Below are positions 33,181-41,004 of a DNA stretch of 64,000 nt, piece after piece. Location: the NCBI GenBank assembly GCA_945834475.1, contig CAMAHK010000001.1, forward strand, positions 18,175 to 82,174, read 5' to 3'. The position numbers and the translations under genes are program-made. Numbering within the stretch: position 1 is the stretch's first letter; each line of letters begins with the position of its first letter. The DNA comes from an uncultured Verrucomicrobiota bacterium (lineage in GTDB: Bacteria; Verrucomicrobiota; Kiritimatiellia; RFP12; UBA1067). A model generated the notes under the pieces. The model saw only the letters and a program-made list of their open reading frames with translations, ran no database searches and had not been told where the DNA came from.

Positions 33181-33632
33181 GGTTGAGGTTGAAGGTTGAG
33201 GTTGAGGGGCGGTTGCCCAAAGTCCTCGCGCTGACGAAGGCCGAGCTGAAGGCCGCGGCGGCAGAATTCGCCGCGCGGTCGTCGGCGCGCATCGGCGTTC
33301 CGTTTCGCGAGGTGACGGTCGTGCTGCAGGATGACGCGGCGAGCGACGAGGCGCATCGCGCGATCATGAACGTCTGCGGCGCGACAGATGTCATCACCCA
33401 AGGCTACGAGGCAATTCCACCCGAACCCGAGGGCATCTACGGCGAGCTGTACGTCAACTGCGATCAGGCGATCCGCGTTGCCCCGAAGCGCAAGGGCTGG
33501 AGCGCGGCGAAGGAACTCCTTCTCTACGTCGCCCATGGCATGGATCATTTGAGCGGAGCCGACGATCATAGTCCGCGTGACTACGCGCGCATGCGTCGCC
33601 GTGAGCTAGGATGGCTGAAAAATGTGGTATAA
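33177..33632 (+). CDS. ybeY: rRNA maturation endoribonuclease YbeY
   Basis: Zinc motif AHGMDHLSGADDH. About 150 aa. Non-ATG start (GTG at 33177, or one of several TTG codons) inside a GAGGTT hexamer array at 33179-33209. Overlaps the rho stop. Confidence 0.8.
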   Translation: MRLRLKVEVEGRLPKVLALTKAELKAAAAEFAARSSARIGVPFREVTVVLQDDAASDEAHRAIMNVCGATDVITQGYEAIPPEPEGIYGELYVNCDQAIRVAPKRKGWSAAKELLLYVAHGMDHLSGADDHSPRDYARMRRRELGWLKNVV

Positions 33633-34500
33633 TCTACGAAGTTTGAAAATCATCTTCCTATTCATCGACGGCGTCGGGCTTGCAGCTCCTTCGGCGGAGA
33701 ATCCGCTGAACAAGGAGGTGTGTCCGACGTTGTTCCGATTGATCGAGAAGCATGCGAAGCCGATTGACGCGAACCTCGGCGTCGAGGGGCTGCCGCAGTC
33801 CGCGACGGGACAGGCGACGATGTTCACGGGCGTGAACTGTCCCGCGGCGATGGGCCGCCACTGCGAGGGCTTTCCGCCGGCCGAGCTGCGGGAGATCATC
33901 AAGAAGAACAACCTCTTTCTCGAACTCAAGAAGCGCGGCAAGAAGGTGCGCTTCGCCGACGCGTATCTCGTCGACTCGGCGGAGGACCTCGTGAACCGCC
34001 GCTTCAAGTCGGTGACGACGGTGATGGCGCTCACGATGCCCGAGACAGTGTCGACGGTCGGCGACCTCCTCAAGGGCGAGGCGGTGATGCAGGACCTCAC
34101 GCGCGAGACGATCCAAGATCGCTATCCCGACGTGCCGGTCGTGACGCCGCCGCGCGCTGCGGAACATCTCTTTGCAGTCGCGCGGGAAAACGACTTCACG
34201 CTCTATGAGTTCTTCCAGACCGATGTCGCGGGACATTCTATGGACTATCCGCGCGCCTGCGCGGTACTGCGCGTCTACGACCAGTTCCTCGCGGCACTGG
34301 TGCGCTATGCGGAAGCCGCGCGCATCACGCTTGTCATGACGGCCGACCACGGCAACATCGAGGCGATCGGCGAGCGGGGACACACGCGCAATCCGGTGCC
34401 GTTCATCGCGTGCGGACCGAAGGCGAAGTTTCTGCGCGAGCGCGTGAATTCGCTCGCCGACGTGACGCCCGCGATCCTTGCGGCATTCGATTCGATTTGA
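33622..34500 (+). CDS. Alkaline-phosphatase-superfamily metalloenzyme (cofactor-independent phosphoglycerate mutase / phosphopentomutase-like)
   Basis: N-terminal IIFLFIDGVGL (metal-binding Asp). TADHGNIE near the C-terminus. The start is uncertain (ATG 33622 or TTG 33643), and a TGgTATAAT box lies at 33625-33633. Confidence 0.5.
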   Translation: MWYNLRSLKIIFLFIDGVGLAAPSAENPLNKEVCPTLFRLIEKHAKPIDANLGVEGLPQSATGQATMFTGVNCPAAMGRHCEGFPPAELREIIKKNNLFLELKKRGKKVRFADAYLVDSAEDLVNRRFKSVTTVMALTMPETVSTVGDLLKGEAVMQDLTRETIQDRYPDVPVVTPPRAAEHLFAVARENDFTLYEFFQTDVAGHSMDYPRACAVLRVYDQFLAALVRYAEAARITLVMTADHGNIEAIGERGHTRNPVPFIACGPKAKFLRERVNSLADVTPAILAAFDSI

Positions 34501-34511
34501 TAAAATCTAGG

Positions 34512-34546
34512 GGAAGCGCCGCGGCCGAGGGCGGCTCGCGGTACGG
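34512..34546. repeat. 35-nt GC-rich repeat (intergenic copy), hairpin-capable
   Basis: GGAAGCGCCGCGGCCGAGGGCGGCTCGCGGTACGG. Internal stem CCGCGGCCG-AGGG-CGGC(T)CGCGG. Its reverse complement matches 55004-55038 at 32 of 35 positions. Confidence 0.8.
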
Positions 34547-34614
34547 GGAAGACGACTGGGACGATCGGACAATCTGGAATTTAACCAAACAGACAACAAA
34601 AGGGAGTAACGACT

Positions 34615-36051
34615 ATGGCCTGTTCCTGTGGTAAGAAGGGCTGCTCGTGCAGCAACACCGAATTCATTGCGCCGATGAGCGCGCTGTGGCAGATCTACGA
34701 CGGCATCGCGTGCAAGGAAGACGCGAATCTCGTCGCGATTGCGTGGGAGCGTGAGAACGGCAAGGTTTACCGCTACGATCTCCCGATTCCGAAGCGCCTT
34801 GATCCGCAGGCGACGAAGACGGTCTCGTATGTCGTCGAGCGCATTGCGAAGTTTATCGTCTGGTCCGCCGGCGGCTGGAAGCTCTATCTCGCGGGACCTG
34901 ACAAGGTGGTGAAGCCGGTCGCGCAGGCCTACACGAAGAAGGGTGCGCGTGCGTTCGACTACGATTTCTTCAGCTCGATCTACGGCCGTCCCGTCGAGAC
35001 GTGCGTCGTCCCGATGGAGAAGATGCCGGAGATGAACGAGAAGCCGGCGATCGTCAAGACGGTGGCGGACGGCTGCCGCATCGGCTTCGACCTTGGCGCC
35101 TCCGACTTCAAGATCTCCGCGCTCAACAAGGGCAAGGTTGTCTTCTCGAAGGAGTTCCCGTGGGATCCCGTGCCGCAGACCGACCCCGAGTACCACTACC
35201 AGAAGCTCACCGCCGGTCTTAAGGAAGCGGCGGCCGCGCTGCCGCGCGTGGACGCGATCGGCGGCTCGACGGCCGGTACGCTCGTCGGACAGAAGATGGG
35301 CATCGCCTCGCTCTTCCGTGGTGTGAAGACGCACAGCCCGGAGAAGTTTGAGACCGCGCAGAACATGTTCTTCCGCATTGAGAAGGACTGGGGCGTTCCG
35401 TTTGCGATCTACAACGACGGCGACGTCACTGCGCTCGCCGGCATGATCACGATGAACAAGAAGGGCATCCTCGGCGTCGCGATGGGCTCCTCCGAGGCCG
35501 TCGGCTATGTTGATATGAAGGGCCGCATGACGGGCCGCATCTCGGAGCTCGCGTTCGCGCCGGTCGACTTCAACCCCTGCGCGCCGAAGTGCGAGTGGTC
35601 GGGTGACGCAGGCGTGGGCGCGATGGCGTTCTCGCAGCAGGCCGTCAACTGGCTCGCGCAGAAGTACGGCTTCAAGTTCCCGAAGGAGATGAAGCTCCCC
35701 GAGCGCCTCAAGGTCGTCCAGGCCGCGATGGAGAAGGGCGATGAGAAGGCGCTCAAGGTCTACATCCAGATCGGCCGCTTCCTTGCGCACGCGATTCCGT
35801 GGTACAACGAGTTCTACGATTACGAGAACATGATGATCCTCGGCCGCGTCACGTCCGGTCTCGGCGGTGAGATCATCCTCGAGACCGCGAAGGCGATGCT
35901 CAAGGACGTCTATCCCGAGTGGGCCGAGAAGATCGACATCTTCATGCCTGACGAGAAGGCCCGTCGCCTCGGCCAGTCCGTTGCCGCGGCGCAGATTCCG
36001 GTCATCAAGGCCGCGAAGAAGCCCTGCGCGAAGAAGAGCTGTAAGAAGTAA
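34615..36051 (+). CDS. ROK/glucokinase-like sugar kinase (ASKHA fold) with Cys/Lys-rich termini
   Basis: CRIGFDLGASDFKISAL, IYNDGDVTALAG, ILGVAMGSSEAVGYV, ILGRVTSGLGGEII. N-terminus MACSCGKKGCSCS, C-terminus KKPCAKKSCKK. AGGGAG SD upstream. Confidence 0.55.
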   Translation: MACSCGKKGCSCSNTEFIAPMSALWQIYDGIACKEDANLVAIAWERENGKVYRYDLPIPKRLDPQATKTVSYVVERIAKFIVWSAGGWKLYLAGPDKVVKPVAQAYTKKGARAFDYDFFSSIYGRPVETCVVPMEKMPEMNEKPAIVKTVADGCRIGFDLGASDFKISALNKGKVVFSKEFPWDPVPQTDPEYHYQKLTAGLKEAAAALPRVDAIGGSTAGTLVGQKMGIASLFRGVKTHSPEKFETAQNMFFRIEKDWGVPFAIYNDGDVTALAGMITMNKKGILGVAMGSSEAVGYVDMKGRMTGRISELAFAPVDFNPCAPKCEWSGDAGVGAMAFSQQAVNWLAQKYGFKFPKEMKLPERLKVVQAAMEKGDEKALKVYIQIGRFLAHAIPWYNEFYDYENMMILGRVTSGLGGEIILETAKAMLKDVYPEWAEKIDIFMPDEKARRLGQSVAAAQIPVIKAAKKPCAKKSCKK

Positions 36052-36072
36052 GGCGACGGCGGTTTCGTCCGT

Positions 36073-37065
36073 ATGTCGCGACGCAACAAGAAGCTCCGGA
36101 AAGCCCTGCTGGTGCCGATCGAGTGGATCGGCATCAGCTTGGCGTTGGCCATCATCACGCCGCTCCCGCGGCGGGCGTTGTTCGGCTTCTGCGATTTTCT
36201 CTCGCGGGTGATGTATCGCTTTGACGGACGCGGCAAGCGGCGGGCGCTTGAGAACTTGCACATCATCCGTGGGACGTGCACGGGTGACGAGGGGACGGTC
36301 AAGTTCGATCCGGACAGCGGTCCGTATCGTCCGACGCGGGCCGAGGAGCTGATCATCCGTCGCTCGTACCGCAATATGGCGCGGTCGGTCGGGTATGCGT
36401 TCTGGACACTCGTCAATGCGAAGGCGCGGTGTCGCCAGACCGGCGAGATGTCGCCCGAAGGCAAGACCTGGCTTGCTGCGAACAAGCCGGCGGTCACGGT
36501 CTCCGGCCACATCGGCTGCTGGGAGATCCTTTCGCAACTCGCGTATCTCGAGGGACACGAGATGATGTCTGTCGCGAAGAACATCGGCACAAGCGGTATG
36601 ACGAAGCTTCTCATGGCCGCGCGTCGGTCGATCGGCCAGGAAATCGTCTCGGCCGACGGCGCGTTCAAGCCGCTCATGGCCGGCATCAAGGCGGGCAAGT
36701 CGCTCGGACTTCTCGTCGACCAGAAAGTCTCGCCCGACAAGGGCGGCATCTGGATCCGCTTCCTCGGCAAGCCCATTCCCGTCTCCGCGGCGCCCGCGTT
36801 CTTCGCGGCAAAGGCGAAGGCCTCGACCATCGTCGCCTGGTCGCATCCGCTCAAGGACGGCCGCTATCGCTGCGAGGAGATCACGACGTATCCGCCGGAG
36901 GCGGCGCGCGACATCTGGCGTTTCACGCAGAATTGCGCACTTGCGCTTGAACGCGTCATTCGTCGTCATCCCTCGTGCTGGGTGCTGAACTACAACTACT
37001 TTCGTCAGAAGCCGACGGAAAAAGACCTGGCGCAGCTCGCCGAACGGGAGGCGGCCAAGGGATGA
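36073..37065 (+). CDS. Lipid A biosynthesis (LpxL/HtrB-type) lysophospholipid acyltransferase family protein
   Basis: H-x4-E acyltransferase motif VSGHIGCWEI. N-terminal TM. GLLVDQ and PVSAAPAFFA blocks typical of the family. Confidence 0.65.
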   Translation: MSRRNKKLRKALLVPIEWIGISLALAIITPLPRRALFGFCDFLSRVMYRFDGRGKRRALENLHIIRGTCTGDEGTVKFDPDSGPYRPTRAEELIIRRSYRNMARSVGYAFWTLVNAKARCRQTGEMSPEGKTWLAANKPAVTVSGHIGCWEILSQLAYLEGHEMMSVAKNIGTSGMTKLLMAARRSIGQEIVSADGAFKPLMAGIKAGKSLGLLVDQKVSPDKGGIWIRFLGKPIPVSAAPAFFAAKAKASTIVAWSHPLKDGRYRCEEITTYPPEAARDIWRFTQNCALALERVIRRHPSCWVLNYNYFRQKPTEKDLAQLAEREAAKG

Positions 37066-38837
37066 AGCCGATTGTCACAGACACGTACGATTTCCCCACA
37101 CTCATCGAGTACGGGTATGTGTACGTTGACAAGACGGCCCTGTTGCGACGGATGGTTTCCGGCGTGGACGGGCGATTCTTCTTCATGTCGCGTCCGCGTC
37201 GCTTCGGCAAGTCGCTGATGATTTCGACGCTTGAGCAGATCTTCGGGGGAAACCGCAAGCTGTTCAAGGGACTCGACATCGCCAAGTCGGATTATGCCTG
37301 GGAAGAGCGACCCGTCTTGCGTCTGGACATGTCGCGATATGACAATACGCGAGGCGTCGGAGACTTTCAGCGGCAGTTCAGTGCGCACATGGGTTCTCGT
37401 GGAAGCGCTGCCAGGGCTTTGGAGGATAGAATCGCAGCCCTGGCGACGACGTCGAGAGACGGGAAGATCGTTGTCCTTGTCGATGAGTATGACAGTCCGA
37501 TTTCGGGGTTGCTGGACCGGCCCGACGAACTTGAGGAGATGCGCAGTTGCCTTCAGACAATCTACCGCGTCCTCAAAAGCAATGCGCATCGACTGCATTT
37601 CCTGATGATGACGGGCGTGAGCAAGTTCACGAAGCTTTCCGTCTTCTCGGGGATGAACAACCTGACAGACATTTCGATGTCGCCGATTTACGCGTCGTTG
37701 CTGGGTTACACGCGGGCTGAGCTTGAGCGTGTCTTCAAGCCGCATGTCCGGGCGTTTGCCGAGAAACAGGGGAAGACGCCGTCGGCAATCGTGGAGGATA
37801 TCCTCGCGTGGTACGACAGCTACCGCTTCTCGCCAGAGAGCGAGGTGCGCGTCTGCAACCCGGTCTCGGTCGGACGAGCCCTTCAGGAACGTCGCTTCTA
37901 CGGGTTCTGGGACGCGACGGGCAGCGCGACGCTGATCGTCGAGAGATTGCGCAAGCTCGGGAAACTGCCGGACGAGATTGAGGGGATCAAGGTCTTTCCG
38001 AAGAAGCTGGATGTTTGTGACGCGAGGACACTGCCGTTTGCGACGCTCATGTATCAGGGCGGATACCTGACGATTAAGGATGTCGATCCAAGCGGCGAGC
38101 TGGTCCTGGGCATTCCGAACCGTGAAGTGCGTCTGGCAATCTATGACGGGCTGGTGGACAGCCTGCTTCAGGACAACGCCAACACATTCACCTCGCAGGC
38201 CGTGGGACTCAAGCGCCAGCTGGAGGCAGAAAACCCCAAAGATGTTCTCACGCGCGTGATGACGTCCGTCTTTGCGATGGTGCCGCATGAGTGGAAGCTC
38301 AAAAACGAGGCCGAGGCTAAACGTTACTTCCTGCTCTTCATGAAGATGGCTGGAGCCGACATCACGCCCGAACTCGAGTCGTCGGAAGGGCGCGCCGATG
38401 CGGTCGTCGAGACCGAACGGACGGTTTGCATCTTCGAATTCAAGTACGGCAAGACCGCGAAGCTTGCGCTTCGGCAGATTACAGCGAAGCGTTACGCCGA
38501 CGCCTTTGCTTCGGATACGCGCCGGATCGTGACGGTCGGCGTTAATTACAATCCCAAGAACGGTCAGGTCGAGATCGAGTGTGGCGAAGTAAATGGCGAA
38601 GTAAATTCCAGAAGTGGCGAAGTAAATGGCAAAGTAAATTCGACGCGTGGCGAAGTAAACGCCTATGTCGCCGCGCATCCCGGCTGCCGGCGGAAAGCGA
38701 TGGCGGAGGCCTTGTCGATTGCGGCCCGAACACTGGACCGCAACCTGGCGGCGCTCATCGCCGAGGGGCGTCTGGAGTTTCGCGGAGCCCCGAAGAACGG
38801 CGGCTATTACGTCAAGGAGGCGGCTCGCGATGCGTAA
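37062..38837 (+). CDS. AAA-ATPase_like + PD-(D/E)XK (PDDEXK_9/DUF1703-type) protein, copy 1, with repeat linker + winged-HTH tail
   Basis: N-terminus DFPTLIEYGYVYVDKT, P-loop-like FFMSRPRRFGKSL, VVLVDEYD. Nuclease motif GRADAVVET..CIFEFKYGK. C-terminal (GEVN)n linker and HTH ..RTLDRNLAALIAEGRLEFRGAPKNGGYYV. ATGA overlap with the lpxL-like stop. Confidence 0.8.
   Translation: MKPIVTDTYDFPTLIEYGYVYVDKTALLRRMVSGVDGRFFFMSRPRRFGKSLMISTLEQIFGGNRKLFKGLDIAKSDYAWEERPVLRLDMSRYDNTRGVGDFQRQFSAHMGSRGSAARALEDRIAALATTSRDGKIVVLVDEYDSPISGLLDRPDELEEMRSCLQTIYRVLKSNAHRLHFLMMTGVSKFTKLSVFSGMNNLTDISMSPIYASLLGYTRAELERVFKPHVRAFAEKQGKTPSAIVEDILAWYDSYRFSPESEVRVCNPVSVGRALQERRFYGFWDATGSATLIVERLRKLGKLPDEIEGIKVFPKKLDVCDARTLPFATLMYQGGYLTIKDVDPSGELVLGIPNREVRLAIYDGLVDSLLQDNANTFTSQAVGLKRQLEAENPKDVLTRVMTSVFAMVPHEWKLKNEAEAKRYFLLFMKMAGADITPELESSEGRADAVVETERTVCIFEFKYGKTAKLALRQITAKRYADAFASDTRRIVTVGVNYNPKNGQVEIECGEVNGEVNSRSGEVNGKVNSTRGEVNAYVAAHPGCRRKAMAEALSIAARTLDRNLAALIAEGRLEFRGAPKNGGYYVKEAARDA
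38583..38660 (+). repeat. Five copies of 12-nt unit GGCGAAGTAAAT (coding GEVN) with two 9-nt interruptions
   Basis: Units at 38583, 38595, 38616, 38628 (GGCAAAGTAAAT) and 38649 (..AAC), read directly. Confidence 0.9.
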
Positions 38838-39312
38838 GGTCTATCTCTTCATCGTCTGGGCGAAGGGACGGAAGTTCGAGGAAAAGATCCGCGCCGACCT
38901 GGCGTCGAAGTTCACGATCCTCAAGGAATACGAGATCCGCTGGCCGTGGTATCACGCGATCCACAACTTCACCTTCTTCTATCGCCACATCGCGTTCTTC
39001 TCGTGGCTGCGGAAATGCTGGATCTGTGGAACGGGACCCTTTCGCGTGATTATGATTGAGGACCAGGATCCGACGCCGCTCAAGCCGGCGCAGGAGAATA
39101 AGAAAATGGTCGAGACGAAGCACATGTACCGCCGCTGGGCCGGCAAGCGCTGGCGTGTGCACAGTTCAACAACATTGCCCGAGACGCGCTATCAGCTTTG
39201 GCTTCTCACGGGTAAGACGCTTGAACAATTCCTCGCGGAGAAGCTCGACGGCTCGTGTGAGACAATCGTTCTGAAGAAGCCGCTCAAATTCGATTTGGGG
39301 TTATTGGCATGA
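38830..39312 (+). CDS. Small NDK-like (nucleoside-diphosphate-kinase-fold-like) protein, paralog 1
   Basis: 160 aa. The ATG overlaps the upstream stop by 8 nt. Paralogous to 41672-42349 (shared blocks (V/I)(Y/F)LF(I/V)VW, (S/E)(K/R)FTILK, FY, G(T/S)GPFRVI, (V/L)H(S/A)S...PETR, TG(K/E)TLE(Q/E)FLA). These blocks align with the Ndk blocks FSIIKP / FKIV / FYAEH / SGPIVVSVLEG / THGSDS recalled from E. coli Ndk. Confidence 0.5.
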   Translation: MRKVYLFIVWAKGRKFEEKIRADLASKFTILKEYEIRWPWYHAIHNFTFFYRHIAFFSWLRKCWICGTGPFRVIMIEDQDPTPLKPAQENKKMVETKHMYRRWAGKRWRVHSSTTLPETRYQLWLLTGKTLEQFLAEKLDGSCETIVLKKPLKFDLGLLA

Positions 39313-39378
39313 AGGCGTTTCCTGAACTTAAGGAACTGCTGCAGGAAATCTCGTGGATCATGGGATGGGTATGAAATG

Positions 39379-39387
39379 TGATATAAT
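39379..39387 (+). promoter_or_regulatory. Extended -10 box TGaTATAAT, 6 nt upstream of the ATG at 39394
   Basis: Read directly. It is part of the 21-nt block ATGAAATGTGATATAATACAC, which recurs (20/21) at 59904-59924. Confidence 0.45.
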
Positions 39388-39393
39388 ACACAT

Positions 39394-40965
39394 ATGAAGA
39401 CGATAGCCGAGAATGCCAATGATTTTGCCGACCTTCGCACGATGGGGAAGGGCGATTGTATTTACGTTGACAAGACGGACTATTTTCATCGCCTTGTGAC
39501 GGACGCAGGGCGGAAGCTCTTCTTCATTGCGCGCCCGCGACGCTTCGGTAAGTCGCTGATGATTACGACTTTCAAGGCGATCTTCCAGGGGAAGCGCGAG
39601 CTCTTTAAGGGGCTCAAGATCGACGCGACCGACTATGATTGGAAGGTGCATCCGGTCATTCATCTTGATTTCTCGCTATGCGCACGATCCTCCCATTCGG
39701 AGTTCATGGCTGAGATGCCGGCCGTTCTGAAGACGGCCATCAACAAGTCGGGGTACGCCTATGATAAGAACGAAACACCATCTGTTAATTTCCTGAACGC
39801 CATTGAATGGCATTACGCGCAGGGAACACCCTGTGTGGTGCTGATCGACGAGTATGACGATCCTGTGGCGCGGGCGTTGGCAAATCCTGCGGAGGCGGAT
39901 GCTATTCGCAATGAGCTTTCGGGGTTCTACGGGAAGATTAAAGGCAAGACGGATATGATCCGCTTTCTGATGATCACGGGCGTCTCCAAGTTCACGAAGA
40001 TGTCCGTCTTCTCGGCGCTCTCGAACCTGACGGATCTTTCGCCCAAACCCGAATACGCGGCGATGCTCGGCTATACCGAGGAGGAGCTCGATCTTTATTT
40101 CGGCGAGCACATGGCGGCGCATGCGAAGGTGATGGGACTTTCCGATGCCGACTACCGCGCCGAGCTGAAACGCTGGTACAACGGGTATCGGTTTTCAATC
40201 GATAATGCCATTACGGTGTACAATCCCGTTTCAACGGGTCTTACGTTTGCGGAGCGGAGTTCGGAGTTTCGCGGCACGTGGACGCAGACGGGCCGCGCCT
40301 CGACGCTGATGAACTACATCAAGCGCGAAGGGGCGCTGCAGGTCGACCTTGACGGTGTCGTCTCGGCAGGCGAGTCCGATTTCGACGTGAGCGACCTTGA
40401 TAACTTGAGCCCGATCGGCATGCTTTATCAAACGGGTTATCTGACGATTGCGGACTATTCGCAGGGGCTCTACCAGCTCCGCGTTCCTGACGAGGAGGTG
40501 AAGCGCGACATGGCCGCGCTTCTCGCGGGCGCGTGGGCGGGGCGCGACGCACAGTGGTCGGCGTCTCTCGGCGTCAAGCTCCGCGCCGGAAAGTGGGGCG
40601 ACTTCTTTGACGGACTGAAGGCCCTCTACGCGAAGCTTCCGTACGGCCCGCACGAGTCGGACGAGCGCAAGAACGAGTTCTCGTATCAGCGTCCGCTCTG
40701 TGCGCTTCTGGCGGCGCAGGGCTTTCGCTATGATCCGGAGGTCACGCAGACCGTCGGACGGAGCGATCTCATCGCCGAACATCCTTCGGGAATTTGGATC
40801 TTCGAGCTGAAGGTTGATGAGTCGGCCGACGCGGCACTCGCCCAGATTCACGAGAAGGACTACGCCGCGCCCTATCGCGCCCGTAACATCCCCATCTGGG
40901 CGATCGGCCTCAACTTCGATTCCAAGACGCGCCATCTGAAAGATGCCATGTACGAACGGCTGTAG
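39394..40965 (+). CDS. AAA-ATPase_like + PD-(D/E)XK (PDDEXK_9-type) protein, copy 2
   Basis: DFADLRTMGKGDCIYVDKT, FFIARPRRFGKSL, VVLIDEYD. Nuclease motif GRSDLIAEH..IWIFELKVDES. Ends IWAIGLNFDSKTR. Confidence 0.8.
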   Translation: MKTIAENANDFADLRTMGKGDCIYVDKTDYFHRLVTDAGRKLFFIARPRRFGKSLMITTFKAIFQGKRELFKGLKIDATDYDWKVHPVIHLDFSLCARSSHSEFMAEMPAVLKTAINKSGYAYDKNETPSVNFLNAIEWHYAQGTPCVVLIDEYDDPVARALANPAEADAIRNELSGFYGKIKGKTDMIRFLMITGVSKFTKMSVFSALSNLTDLSPKPEYAAMLGYTEEELDLYFGEHMAAHAKVMGLSDADYRAELKRWYNGYRFSIDNAITVYNPVSTGLTFAERSSEFRGTWTQTGRASTLMNYIKREGALQVDLDGVVSAGESDFDVSDLDNLSPIGMLYQTGYLTIADYSQGLYQLRVPDEEVKRDMAALLAGAWAGRDAQWSASLGVKLRAGKWGDFFDGLKALYAKLPYGPHESDERKNEFSYQRPLCALLAAQGFRYDPEVTQTVGRSDLIAEHPSGIWIFELKVDESADAALAQIHEKDYAAPYRARNIPIWAIGLNFDSKTRHLKDAMYERL

Positions 40966-41004
40966 ATAGACTCGCACACGCGGATTCGATATGGAGTTGC
41001 TCAC

